NCBI RefSeq assembly: GCF_006345805.1
Contig: NC_043009.1
Location: forward strand, 53,382,001 to 53,446,000
Direction: 5' to 3'
Length of the DNA stretch: 64,000 bases
From: Octopus sinensis
Taxonomy: Eukaryota
The translations under genes were made by a program, and so were the position numbers. Below are positions 43,345 to 57,369 of this stretch, piece after piece. How positions within the stretch are numbered: the first letter of the stretch is position 1; each line of letters starts with the position of its first letter. The notes below the pieces were generated by a model. It did no database searches, was not told where the DNA came from, and worked only from the letters and a program-made list of their open reading frames with translations.

Positions 43345-44029
43345 TTATACCTGACACGTGTTTCTGCTGCATAAGTGTCTTAATGTGCTTTGATTTAGCA
43401 CCTGTGTGCTTTTGCTTCAGCTGCAGTGCACATTAAAGCATCATAGACATACTTATACAGCTTTGTTGAAGATCGTGCCGAAGCGGGAAGGTGAAGTGAA
43501 CAGAGAAATTGCGTCCTATAGTCCCTCTTAAAGTATATTTTAGTGGAGGTGAATCATAAAAACTTAGTATATATAGTTGTAGAGTTTCATGATAGTAGAA
43601 TTTACTTTGAAATACGACATATCTATAGCTTCTGGTATTATTTAAACTTAGACTAACATTTTAGAATTTAAGGAAATAGATTATTTTATATACTTAGGAG
43701 TAGAAGAAACCTAAACTAGGTCAAGATTTATTCGCCTCACCAACCTCACTTAATGACGCTAGAATAAACTTTATAAGTGGAATCAAAAGTAAAAGAAGTT
43801 GAGAGGGGAAAAAAAGAGAAATGAGTTTTAATGTGAAATTCTTAAAAACTAACTAGAGTTAATCTACGATTTGGACTAGGTTAATTAACATGTACTTTTA
43901 GCTGCGAGATATTCTATTAAAAGTCCTTATTTCACGAAAAGATTTTTTCAAATTTGATCTTAGATGTTATTTTTGTTGTGTTTTAGACGAAATTTTACAT
44001 GATTAATAAAATTTTATTGATTTTTTTTC

Positions 44030-44743
44030 AAGATATAATTTTGAAGCGTAGAAATCCTTGACGTCAAACATGAAAAAAAACAAAAAAAAAACGTTTACTT
44101 TTTGGCATGAATTCAAGCTTGGACATAATGCTTCTCAAACAGCTACCGATAACAAAAGAAGATGGGGTGAAGGTTCCACTAGTGATCGAACGGTAAAACA
44201 GTGGTTTGAGAGATTCCGTAGTGAGGAGGAGATACTTGAAAATCAAGGAGATAGAGGACGTCCATCCACCCTCGATGGTCAGCATTTGAAAAGAAACAAT
44301 ACATCTTTCTGGAATATAACCAGAGCATTACATCGGATGTTTAGTATAAACAACTGAAAGAAATGCATGTTTACTTGAGCAAATGAGACGTGGTCCAAGT
44401 CTGCTCCATGACAACGCTCGACCGCACGTTTCCAGGATGAAACTGCAGAAGCTCACAAACTTAGGATACGGGACTTTACCACACCTTCCATATTCTTCTG
44501 GTCTTTTACACATCGACTACCACTTTTCCAAACATCGTGACACATTTTTAAGGCAACAAGACATTCCGTTCCAAAACCGAGGTCGAATTCAAGGAGAGGC
44601 AAACATGACCTTGTTAATCGATGGGAGAAATGCATAGTTGTTCAGGGATCATATCTTAAATAATTAAACCTTTGTATAAAATCGATTTTTCAAGAATATA
44701 AGCTTAATTTAAAAATCGGCCATTTTTTTCTTAACAACCTAAT
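44030..44743 (+). mobile_element. mariner (Hsmar/SETMAR-like) element, internally deleted
   Basis: HEFKLGHNASQTA...RTVKQWFERFRS HTH region; LLHDNARPHVS...LPHLPYSS..DYHF; right TIR ending caacctaata. Left boundary uncertain. Confidence 0.88.
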
Positions 44744-45345
44744 ATGGTTATATAACCTGTAATTAGAGTTAAATATACGGAATATTTCTTCCAAGCTTAA
44801 GTTACATTTCGAGTTCCGAGTATTATATAGTGATACTCTACTAATTATTGTCCATTTAATATCATATTTAGTGTTCTTATACTTTAAAGACCAGATATGT
44901 CTATTCAAGCATATACAATTCAATTTATCACTATCTTTGAACCATGGCGGTGGGTGACGCAATCATTGCTTAAATTCCGTAGAACATAGCTCTACATAAT
45001 AGCTGGAAATATCACTAGCCATTACTGTACAGCTATAAACTATGTTCTCTCTGAAGCGTTGTCCTGCAAGCGGAACTTATGTATTGCCACAGTTATGACG
45101 ATGCGTAGTGATATTAGCCCTGTATTTGCTACTGGCAGAAGTATTAGTTACTTCGTAAATATTACTACTTATTACCATATGGGCATTACTTGTTTCGCTA
45201 TATGTTGAATTGAGTGTGTTATACGCTTCACCCAGTTCAATTAGTTCAAATAAGTGTGATTTGGGTCCAGTTATCTACTTGTTATCCAAACCCGTATTTC
45301 ATTATCTTACTAGAGTCAATGACATTACGTTCCACTATATCCCTA
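44744..45345 (-). mobile_element. Penelope-like element GIY-YIG relic
   Basis: Minus frame PLAGQRFRENIVYSCTVMASDISSYYVELCSTEFKQ*LRH...HIWSLKYKNTKYDIKWTII...KCNLSLEE. May extend to ~45615. Confidence 0.8.
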
Positions 45346-46453
45346 TAATTATTATTTCACCCAATTATATTACTTTTTATTTTTATTTTTTATCATACTT
45401 ATTTTTTTATTATTTGCATTTACTAGGTTCCTATTAGTGAATTTTCTAATCCTCATGAAATCGCTTTCGCAATAATTTGGGTTAAGATTATCTTTGTCGA
45501 TATTGCAACCTAATCGTTTACCTATTAAAATGTGGCTATATAGGTAGATGCTGGAAATTCCGTATCTACTGCTGCGAAAGATTTTGCAGGTATGTTTGTA
45601 GCGATGTGTGCGCATTGTACCAAAATATATGTCTAGATCTAGCTTTGCTTTTAGGGGTGTTGGTCACTGTTGTTGTGAAGAGTCCCATTTGTACATCTAT
45701 TGTATATTTTCCTAAATGATCTGTTTACTATATTTTATTGTGAGTTCTGCTTAAAATTATATCGTTGCAATTTAAGAAACCACTTTAACGAAACAGCAAC
45801 AACAGCAGTAACAAGAACAACAAGAAGCACAAGTGCACTACCAAACATAACTGCACCACGAGCAATATTAGCAGTTACAGGAACAGCAACAATAACAAAG
45901 ACAACGTTTCACAACGGACAAACCACACGTCAGCGAATCTGTTACTAGGCCTGCTAGAAATAACAGCCAAAATATCTTTCAAACGCTTGTTACTCTTTTA
46001 ACACCCACACACTAAAAAAGAACATCAGAAATACATATATAAATGCTAAAATATTGTCACATCGTATAATATCCTATTTACAGAAAATGTCACGGATGAT
46101 TGACCATTTTTATGAAAATGAAAACGAAAAACACGACAACCTGTCTTCATAAAACCTTCTCAACTCGAAGACATTTACATGAAGATGGACAAAGAATTAT
46201 CTTTTCAAAAATACTCGTTGCAAACCACAAAGACAGCATTTGCATGGCAATAAATTCCTCTAGTCACAGAAATGCTGGCATTCTTTGATATTTTGTGGAT
46301 TATGGATAAACGGTGAGAGGAATATATAGTGGACCATTTTCTAAAAGTGGAGTTTTACAAAATGATATTTACAGTAACATTTATAATATAGAAGATCGGC
46401 AAAAATGTATAATGAATTATGCTTTAATTTGAGAATTTAATTTCTATAGTAAA

Positions 46454-46557
<104 letters not shown>

Positions 46558-46970
46558 CATATATGTATGTAAACATGCATGTATGTATGTGTGTTTAATG
46601 AGGGATATTATGTGTGTTGATATAATAGAAAGCTCGGCGGTTATAAGCAGAATTCTTATAGATGGTTCTATAGAAGCAATAGCGGCGGTTATAATAACAC
46701 ATTCAATGGATTCATATAGAACTGGTGTGACAGTTATGACCTGCAAACGTATGTGGAAACTGTATCAGGGAGACATTCATTCTATTCGCCAACAGAATTG
46801 ACACCTTGAATGCGATTAGCCATAGAAATAACAGCTACAATTCACACACAACTGTGAAAAAAAGGAAGTATCTGTGAAATAATGAAGTCCTAAATACGCG
46901 GTGCTAGAAGAATAAAGTAGGATATTGCATCTCGAATACAGTTATTGATACTGTGATGTTTAGTAACAGT

Positions 46971-46972
<2 letters not shown>

Positions 46973-47064
<92 letters not shown>
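46973..47064. repeat. (ACT)n trinucleotide repeat
   Basis: Read directly. Confidence 0.95.
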
Positions 47065-47389
47065 GTAGCGGCGACGACGAGAGACAATTCAGGCAAGTGT
47101 AGTTATAAGGTTACAATTCAGCTGTAAGTAAACAAGGTGAGTAAAGTAGACGAAGACGGAAATATCTGCTGTTGTGGTATGACATATGAAAGTCTGTGAA
47201 TTATTACAGTGATTGTTACATTAAGGTATATAAATAAATATTACAAAACTATATCGCTGCATTTGTGACATAGACGACAAAGATTATAATAGTGTTTGAT
47301 ATTATGTGGAGTCAAAGACCAGAATGTACACGCAAACACTACATCGCTATACGCACGCACGCACATAATATATATGTATACATGTACAC

Positions 47390-47427
<38 letters not shown>

Positions 47428-47695
47428 GTATGTTTGTATGTATGCATGTATGTATGTATAAATATATATGTATTTATGTATATATATATATATATAATAA
47501 TAAATATATATTTATGTATGTATATATATATTATATGTACATATACATACATTATATATATTACATACGCACACATGCACATACATATGTATGTATAAAT
47601 ATATGTATATATATAAATAAATATAAATGTATGTATTATATATTTAGTATTTATCTCTCTATCCATCTATCTATCTATCTATCTATCTATCCATC

Positions 47696-47753
<58 letters not shown>

Positions 47754-48072
47754 TATATATATATATATATATATACATATATATATACATATATATATAC
47801 ATATATATATACATATATATATACATACATATATCTGAATAAATATATATAGATATATATTAATGTATATCAGGAGGTAGAGTGTGTGTGTATAGTGATT
47901 TGGAATGAAAGATATAAATACGTAAATATTATTTTGTTTTGATAATCTGATAACCAAATATTCGAAGGCTGCAGACATATATATTACTTCCGATTTGCAA
48001 TAAAGACCAAAAATGTCGCGTACACACGCACGCAACACACACGCACACACACACACACACACACCACACACA

Positions 48073-48120
<48 letters not shown>

Positions 48121-48765
48121 GCACACACACACACGCACACACACACATGCACAAGCATACACGCACGCATGCACTCGCGCACACAGGCACACTCACACAC
48201 AGATATATGTATTTATTTAATTTGATAAACATCACGAGCCAATTCATCTATGAATTACTTGTGTCCATACAAATAAACACCAGTATTTGAATACAGTCGC
48301 AAGCACGCACTCACACATAGAAGCACAAACGTATACGTTCATATACAGTGATAAATGATACTTAATGCTGACATATATTTAAATAGACGGCTAAACCTAG
48401 GGTTTACATACGGTCCCTGAGACATACATACTTACACACGTACATACACAGGCATTCAGGTATATACGTATATACACATGTATATAAAGATATATGCATG
48501 CATATTCACACACACACACACAAACACTACTTTATCGATCCCTCCATCCTTATACGCATACATATACACATACACACACACACACACACGCATATATATA
48601 TATATATATAATGTATGTATGTACGTATATATTTATACTTTTATATATTTATATAAATTATATACATTCATGCATACATACATATATACATATGCATGCG
48701 TTACATCGTTACACACATAGATACATATATATGCACATACACACACACATGGATATACACATTAA

Positions 48766-48796
<31 letters not shown>

Positions 48797-49344
48797 ATAC
48801 GTATATATGTTCGTAGGAGAAGTAAATATTTATCAGATAGCTGATAAATATCAGAAATTAAGAGTAAAACAACGAAGAAAGAGAATGATCATCTCTCTAA
48901 TAAGATATGTCTCCCAACTACCACAGTTAATTATCATCTTTCTATTAAGATATATCTGCCAACTATACGCAGTTAATAATCATTTCTCAAATAATATATG
49001 GCTGTTATGTGCATAAAGTTATTAATGTGACCATGTTGTAAGCTATTGAATGTTATGTGTATGCCGTGTACGCACGCATTTATCAACATATACATTTATC
49101 AACTTATACAGTTAAATTCTCCTTCATTTCAAATTTGTGTAAATAATGATATTCAGATTTGTTGTTCCCTCTTTCCTTAAGAGTACTGGGCGATTTGGAT
49201 GTGATTTCGATGCTGTTTTTATCAGGTACAATTACTAATGCGAAATCAAGGACATCTTACTCCACAAGAGAAACCAAACAACATGATAGAGACAGCCTGA
49301 CGTTTATAAATTAGACCCCTACCTATAATAACAATTCGAAAACG

Positions 49345-49535
49345 ATAGCGTAGTAGAATTATTAGCACGTCGGACAAAATGCTTAGTGTCTCTTTACGTT
49401 ATGAGTTCAAATCCCACTGGGATTAACTCTGCCTTTCATTCCTTCGGGATCAATAGGATAATGTGCCAATCGAACGTTGGGTTCGATGTCATCGATTTGT
49501 CCCCTTCCCTCAAAATTCATGGCCTTAAAGCCTGC
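49345..49535 (+). mobile_element. SINE family C, diverged
   Basis: Head and core motifs recognisable. Confidence 0.7.
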
Positions 49536-49689
49536 AACAGACCAATTCCCCGTTCTGGGGCAATATTGTGATCTCCGTGACTCATAGGTTTATGTGGCCC
49601 ATTCTTAGGCTATTTTTCTTTACTTATTGTACGGTGATCGCTTATGTATGCATGCCTGTATGTATGTATGTATGCTTGTATGCATGTAT

Positions 49690-49843
49690 GTATACGACGG
49701 GCTCTCATACAATTTCCCTGTACCAAACTGGTTGACTCGGAGCCATACAAAAAGATGCTTGCCCAATGTTACGCGCTGTAACACTGAATCCCAAACCACA
49801 TAGTTGCAAAGACGCGTTTAACTACACAGCTATGCTTGCACCT
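49690..49843 (-). mobile_element. SINE family A 5' half, old
   Basis: Degenerate head and core. Confidence 0.6.
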
Positions 49844-50107
49844 ATAACCATACAACCATGCTTATCAACAGCATTTCTTGGAATCTTAAACTGACCAGAA
49901 TCAACATCGGATCTTTTGCTAGTTGATGATTAACGTTAATTTTCCAAGGCATGTTATAGTAGATACTGCTCTCAATATCATAGGCCCGTAACTTGCTTGT
50001 CTGGTACAAACAGAACCAATACAAGCACACTCTACTAATACTAACAACGTTAGGCCACCACTTCACTTCAAGGATCTGTATTTCCGTTATTCCATTTAGT
50101 GTAATGT

Positions 50108-50400
50108 AGAGGCACATGACCTAGTGGTTAGAGCAGCGGACTCGCGGCTGAGGGATCGTGGGTTCGAATCTCAGAACGGGTGATGCGTGTGTTTATGAGC
50201 AAAACATCTAAGCTCCACGCGGCTCCGGCAAAAGATGATGGCGAAATTCTGCTGACTCTTTCGCCACAACTTATCTCAATCTTCCCCCCTGCATCTTGCA
50301 GCTCACCTGAGACGGACCGTCCAGGTGGGGGAACCTATACGTCAAGGAAACCAGGAAACCGGCCCTGTGAGCCAGGCGTGGCTCGAGAAGGAATAAACAA
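50108..50400 (+). mobile_element. SINE family B, tail type 3
   Basis: tRNA-like head; tail ending gagccaggcgtggctcgagaagg. Confidence 0.88.
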
Positions 50401-50728
50401 TTTAGTGTAATATGGTGCACGTAAATGTATCTATTAATATCTGAATTGGGTGGCACTAGGAGATACAAACGATATTTGTATGATGATTGGAAAAACTTGG
50501 ACGGTTCAACGAATCCTCATGCGGTTCTATATTCATTTCTTTTATAGTACTAATGATACAAGTAATAATGATAATAATCTTGTCAAAACATGTCACCTCG
50601 AAGATAGATCAATCACAGCAGACTATGCACTTTATAAGTACTAGTCGACCTGGGCGGGATTTGACATCAGAATCTAGCGAGAGACGAAATATCGCTAAAC
50701 ATAATAATAATAATAATCGCTAAACAAA

Positions 50729-50960
50729 AGGCGGCGAGCTGGCAGAAACATTAGCACGCCGGGCGAAATGCGTCGCCGTATTTCGTCTGCCGTTACGTTC
50801 TGAGTTCAAATTCCACCGAGGTCGACTTTGCCTTTCATCCTTTCGTGGCCGATAAATTAAGTACCAGTTGCGCACTGGGGTCGATATAATCGACTTAATC
50901 CGTTTGTCTGTCCTTATTTGTCCTCTCTGTGTTTAGCCCCTTGTGGGTAGTAACGAAATA
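50729..50960 (+). mobile_element. SINE family C, young full-length copy nested in an older antisense copy
   Basis: Consensus-like; flanked by a 17-bp direct repeat gaaatatcgctaaacat (50686-50702 and 50961-50977). Confidence 0.93.
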
Positions 50961-51034
50961 GAAATATCGCTAAACATTTCGTCCAACGTGCTAAAGATTG
51001 TGCCAGCTCACCGCCTTTTTTTTTTAATTTGTGT

Positions 51035-51209
51035 ATTAGACATTCACTAGTACAACACCCCCCCAAATATCTGGCACACTAGGCATAACAACAACGTGAA
51101 ATTCCAACCTGTTGTCTCTTGTGGTCTCTGGGTGAGACTTGGAGCCAACTTGTACAGACATAAAGCAAAAGTCAAACATAGAATAATAAAAATAATAATA
51201 ATAATAATG

Positions 51210-51280
<71 letters not shown>
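51035..51280 (+). mobile_element. Probable LINE 3' UTR with (AAT)n tail
   Basis: Non-coding segment ending in a ~100-bp (AAT)n run. Family (possibly R4/Dong-like) is from recall only. Confidence 0.5.
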
Positions 51281-51281
<1 letters not shown>

Positions 51282-51559
51282 TTACTGCCCATGTATTTTA
51301 ATGTTACTGCCCATGTATTTTAAGCTGTTACTGCCCATGTATTTTAATTTAACCTTAAAATAAAAAAAAGTGAACGAACTATTGAGTTTGGTTTAATGGT
51401 CTACCAATGTATACTATGAGTTTCTTTGCCCTAGGAGTCGGGAAGACGCTCGGCAAGAAATGGAAGCAAATTTGAAAGAAGAAGGAAAAAAAAATAATAA
51501 TTATAAATATATAACAGGCCATGTTTTGTGGTCGTTGATTAAAAAAATCATGCAGTGTA

Positions 51560-52310
51560 ACCGATGTAGATAGCCATTTCAGCTCAGAATAATATGAAAG
51601 TACAAAGAAACGGTTGAATAGAATACTGTTTTGCACTTGCAATCCTCAAGTGCAAGAACAGGGAATTTAACGAGGTCATAAACTTAGCAATTATCATCAG
51701 AACTTCGGAAGCAGTAGCAAAAATTAATCGAGAGCAAACATTGGAAAATTTGATTTTAATCAGGAAGTAAGTGTAGTGCGAAATCAACTTTATGTCCAGC
51801 TAGAAGTAACTAGATATTGTTTAGTACTATGTAAAAAGATATACAAAGAGCAGAATAAACGTTTAATATAGAAACTTTGAAAAAAATGCTGTACATTACA
51901 GATGATTAGTTGTGGTCCAGTGGGAAGCACAATCAAGCCGAACACAAGACTATTTCTGTGAAAGAACAATTGCACGTGCTCAAATGGTATGACCACAAAG
52001 TACAAAAATCCAAGGAGAATAACAATGTTAAAATCCATTTGGAGTTTATCATACAAATCGGCCATGTGATGGAACACAGAAAACGGTTATTTTGGTCGTG
52101 TAGAAGAAAGATAGAAAATATGAGATTGTTCACATGGCAATCTCCAGAAGCAAGAATATGAAAAGCAGAGGAGAGAGTGTGATCGGATTCACCGGACTGT
52201 GGAGAGAATTGAAAAAGATATGAATCTTTAAGGAAGTATGAAACCAGTTGCAGTTGGCGAGATCGGAAAAGTAAGAAGCAAACACAAATCCCGGTTCGAT
52301 AAGTTACAAC
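51560..52310 (+). mobile_element. R4/Dong-like (RLE) LINE C-terminal relic
   Basis: WYDHKVQKSKENNNVKIHLEFIIQIGHVMEHRK, IVHMAI and LWRELKK resemble the WYxHxP...KILWDF.IQTD...EH.RPD RLE block. Confidence 0.65.
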
Positions 52311-52874
52311 TGCTGAGAGTATATTATATGCTCGAGGAAGAAGGCACCTATTATTGCCCGCTATTAACCGACGGAGAGAGGGTTACACCAGTATCTAATT
52401 TATATAGAACAACGTAAAATGATTTGCCTTGCTCAAGGTCTCGACAAACAATCCGATTCAGGAGTTGAACACGCAGTATTTTGTTACTGAGCCGAACGCA
52501 CTTACCACTAAGCTACAGTATGTGTTATTAAGTCACTCACGTGTAGTGAATGGTTGTATTATGTCTACCAAACAAATAACCCAGTGTTGTAAAAAGTCAG
52601 AATGCAAGAATGTTAATATAGAGGCGGTGGATTTTATATAGCCTTGTGTATTGATGAAGTTTTATTGGTGTAGAGAATTTTATGTATTTCATATAGGTTT
52701 CTACTTTTATCAACAAAATGTAGTTTTGTTGATTTTTAGATATCTAAATTTGGCTAATACTGGAGTTTAGTTTTCGTAAGCATTATTATAAGTAACGCAT
52801 TTATTGTTTGCTATCAACTCACAGAAGTATGTTTGAAAGAATTCTCAAAACAGTTCTGTTGACTTATTCTTTTT

Positions 52875-53268
52875 TTTCTTTTTACTTGTTTCAGTCATTT
52901 GACTGCGGCCATGCTGGAGCACCGCCTTTAGTCGAGCATATCGACCCCAGGACTCATTCTTTGTAAGCCCAGTACTTATTCTATCGGTCTCTTTTGCCGA
53001 ACCGCTAAGTTATGGGGACGTAAACACACCAGCATCGGTTGTCAAGCAATGCTAGGGGGACAATCACAGATACACAAACACACACATACATATATACATA
53101 TATACGACAGGCTTCTTTCAGTTTCCGTCTACCAAATCCACTCACAAGGCATTGGTCGGCCCGGGGCTATAGCAGAAGACACTTGCCCAAGATGCCACGC
53201 AGTGGGACTGAACCCGGAACCATGTGGTTGGTTAGCAAGCTACTTACCACACAGCCACTCCTGCGCCT
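52875..53268 (-). mobile_element. SINE family A, young full length
   Basis: Reverse complement nearly identical to 57370-57768. Confidence 0.95.
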
Positions 53269-54197
53269 ACGTATAATATTTCAAAATATAATATTATGTA
53301 TAATATTTCAAAATAGCTAAAGCCAGAGAGTAGACAAGAAGTTTTAGCTGATCACCAGTTCTTCATAAAGATGAAGAACAGTAAATGTAATTCTACATCT
53401 AAGCCTGGAGGTAACTTAACTTAGCTACAACTGAGATAGGATTAATAAGGTAAAAGATTTTAAATGACTTCAATTATAACATTGCAATGGAGTAATTGTA
53501 TCCATAACATGGATAAAAAGCGTATCTGTAACTTTAATCAATTCGAAATTGTTGAATTCTATTCCTCAATACTTAAATCGAATCTTAATGGACAGATACT
53601 TGTTTGCTAGTAATAAATAAAGAAAGCGTTTCCACAAGCACAAACTTACATCACGCTAATTTTCTATTATCAGTGTGAGAAACTATAGTTCATAGAAGCA
53701 CTGATAGAACTCAGAACTGATGGTAATACAGAAATACCAATGCTTAGGCACTGAATAAATAAGTTTTGAAACAGACAAACAACTGCAGAAGCTATCTATA
53801 TGTGGCTAAAATGCAATGTGGGACGCATCACTGACTAGGAGTTGAAGAGAAGATATTATAACCATACAGTCTTATTTTTATATTTCGCAAGAAATGCAAC
53901 AAAAATAACTGATTGAGTTTGATAATTAAAAGAGAAAAATATAATTTCTATATTAAGTAGAAAATTGCCGAACGATTAAAACTCTAAAACAATAATTCTT
54001 GATTTATTGAAATGATCTTAAAAGACATGAAACCGTAAAATGTATTTAAGCACCAAATCGAAGTTAAGGAGGAACTGCAGATAATTTGAACAGAATGTAT
54101 CAGAGTAGATCAAATTACTTTCACATTGCATTTAAGACTAATTTTTGTACAGACTAACACACATACACACATATATGATATTCAATATTATGCAATA

Positions 54198-54233
<36 letters not shown>

Positions 54234-54334
54234 ATAAGATCGTTATTTAAAATACCGATCATATCAAGTGGCCAGCATGAGAATAAAAACCTTTATACGT
54301 AATAATAATTATTAAAATTATGATTAAGGGAATT

Positions 54335-54571
54335 TAAAAGATACTACCATGCTAGAGATAGCAGTGAAAGCATGACACTAAAGCCACATCATGTATTCAT
54401 TCAGCACCATGAGAAAAGACAAATACACAAATAAACTAGCCAATAAATTATTGGATAATTTTTTGGCTAGTTTACTTGTGTATTTGTCTTTTCTCCAGGT
54501 GCTTTATGAATACATGATGTAGTTTTAGAGTCATGTTTTGACTGCTATCTCTAGCATGGTGGTATCTTTTA
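54335..54571. mobile_element. Hairpin MITE-like element, palindromic along its whole length
   Basis: taaaagatactaccatgctagagatagcagt...actgctatctctagcatggtggtatctttta; arms ~115 bp, 3-nt centre, TA ends. Confidence 0.8.
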
Positions 54572-54594
54572 GATACACTTAATCATAATTTTGA

Positions 54595-54633
<39 letters not shown>

Positions 54634-54870
54634 GTGTGTGTGTGTGTATGTGTGTGTATGCATGTATGCATGTATGCATGTATGTATGAAAGTATATATG
54701 TGTGTGTAAACATGCATATAAACATACATACATATATCTATCAATATGTTTCCATGGACAACACATACAAGGCATGCACATGCACACACATACTATATGT
54801 AGTTGTAGCATCTGATAGGAAGAACAAAGCTGTTTTCGCAAATATATTACAGGTAACTGGGTGGACTTAC

Positions 54871-55125
54871 CGAAACTCCTACAAACTCTAATTTATCAAT
54901 TGTTTCTAAGAATTGTTTGCTCAAATTGGAACCGGATTCATATTGGAAGTGCTCAAGGTGTACGTCTTTAGGGTCATCGGAATCACTTCCGTTGATTTTC
55001 TCTTCGACAACACTTTTGAGTGTCAAGGCTATTGTCCAGATTGCATCGTATGTGTTGGTAGCGTGGGGACTGATAGGTGCCGTACCGTTGTTCAGGAAAT
55101 ATTCTTCAATAAAATCTTCCGTTGT
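54871..55125 (-). CDS. GABA-B-R3: GABA-B receptor (class C GPCR, R3-like) coding exon, Venus-flytrap/ANF-receptor domain; 255 bp, phase 0-0
   Basis: Minus strand reads tttctcccacacag|ACAACG...GTTTCG|gtaagt. Translation TTEDFIEEYFLNNGTAPISPHATNTYDAIWTIALTLKSVVEEKINGSDSDDPKDVHLEHFQYESGSNLSKQFLETIDKLEFVGVS contains the GABA-B motifs TYDAxWxIALxL and FxGVS(G). Subfamily assignment is from recalled similarity, not a search. Confidence 0.95.
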
Positions 55126-56477
55126 CTGTGTGGGAGAAATATAGAAATATATAAGAGAAATATATAGAAATATATAAGTGAAAAATATAGAAATATATGA
55201 GACAAATATGCAAATATATAATTATTACAGTGTTCTGCTTCATATATTTACATATGCACTAAAGAAACTCGATGGCTAAGACTGCAATGCTTTGGGTTTA
55301 TATTTTCTGAGTTTATATTAATCTGAGTTGACCTAGGGCTAAATAGTCCGTCCTTTCAGAGTTGCCAATAGCTACATTATCTATTTGAATGTTTCTGCAA
55401 TAGTTTTAACTTGAAGCATGTGATTAGATTTGCAATAATGTTTCAAAGTTTTAAAATAGACCAAGAAATATCTCATGGCTTAGTCTACCATATAGTCGAA
55501 ATGTCGAAGACCTTTCTACCGGATTTTCGTAAATTATATATTTAAACATTTCATTTTACAAAGAAACATAGGTATTGAACATGTTTATAGTTATAAACAA
55601 AAAGTAGGCTTTTCGCCTGATATGGTGAGTTTAGTTAGCTATTTTAATTTGAAGAAATTATCCATAAACAACAACATAGCATCTCCTACTACTTGTAATT
55701 TCATTACAGCAAGCAATTGTTTATATAACAGTAGTTGTCTTTCGAAAATTCAAATCTTTCGTGCTAAGGTCAACATAATATTAAGTGTCGCAGGAACATA
55801 CATTAGTCTGATTCAAAATTGATTTAATATTAGGTTTTTATTGGCATAAGAATATTTAAGAGGAAATCAAGTGAAAATTAAGCAGGAGACGCTATGTGTA
55901 TCTTAAATTTTATAATTGTATATGGTTTAAAAATTATATGTGGTATTCGCAATTCAACGGTCGATTCTCTTTCACAGATCCCTACATGCCTGTTAATGAT
56001 CGTTCAAAATTATACTGCAAGATTTAAGTGAGAAATTACAGATATTATTTCAAATGGATTAAATGGACTCTGAAAATTATTAGGTTATTGTAGAAAATCT
56101 TCTACGATTTTACATCGCGATTACGTAGCCTTAAGCGGTTAATTGATGCAGTAAAATTTATAAGAAAATGCAAAAATCTAACAGAGTTTTTATCTCCGAA
56201 TTTTAATCGATATGATTTACATCCCTTTTAGTGTTATTATAGCCATTACTTTAAATCCTCAATTGCAAGAATTCTTATAATATTTGAGATAGATATATCA
56301 TTTCGATTCAACATATATTATTATATTCAAAACGGATCTTTGCGTAATTATTTTTACAACATACACTAAATGTTAAAGGATTCAATTTCCAAACAACTTT
56401 TATGTATATCATTAACTGATTAGAACGATAGGTGAATCACCGCTCTGCCTGTCTGAATCTGAATATACATATAGACA

Positions 56478-56632
56478 TTCTTCTTCTTCTTCTTCTTCTT
56501 CTTCTTCTTCTTCTTCTTCTTCTTCTTCTTCTTCTTCTTCTCTTCTTCTTCTTCTTCTTCTCATCCTTTTCCCTCCTCCTCCTCCTTTTCCCTCCTCCTC
56601 CTCCTCCTCCTCCTCCTCCTCCTTCTTATTAT

Positions 56633-56692
<60 letters not shown>

Positions 56693-56700
56693 CTCTATAT
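56478..56700. repeat. Compound (CTT)n-(CCT)n-(TAT)n-(CTAT)n repeat
   Basis: Read directly. Confidence 0.95.
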
Positions 56701-57249
56701 ATATACATAGGATGAGTGGCAAGAGAATACTCAAAGTTCTCATGTGCAACCAGTTAGGTAGCGGGCAAAGGACTGATGAAAGGTAGCCTCTCAGTATATA
56801 TATATATTTTAGGCATCATAAGAATCTTTTTAAACTTCGAAAGAACACGACAATTTTGGGTGATTGGGAATCAAGCACCTTACTACACATCTACGCTCGC
56901 ATCTGTAATAAGTTAAGTTTTTTTGAAGTTAGATAACTCAAGGACTTTCAGATCTATTATAAAGAAATAGTCTCAGGAGTAATTATTGGCCGCTTATGAT
57001 GTGGTAAAAAGAATGTATTTAAGTACATCAATGCTTAGCTCTGTCACTTCGCATTTCATTTACGGCGAGCCGCCGAAAAGCGCAAACTGTTATTGAACGA
57101 TGACTTGAGAATGATAATAGGGATCAGCCTGTCGTGTCCGTTCCGCAGTATCTGCATTTCCGGTCTCTGCTGCTAATAAGGAGTTAACAACTTTGAAATG
57201 CATCACATCCAACTGTCTAATTATATACATGAATGAATGTATATGCATA

Positions 57250-57294
<45 letters not shown>

Positions 57295-57321
57295 TATATA
57301 TGAATGAATGTATATGCATAC

Positions 57322-57365
<44 letters not shown>

Positions 57366-57369
57366 ATAT

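Noticed and set aside
46580-46760. Possible minus-strand exon VITVTPVLYESIECVIITAAIAS
   Set aside because: Contains an internal duplication, has no donor, and the flanking receptor exons already join perfectly.
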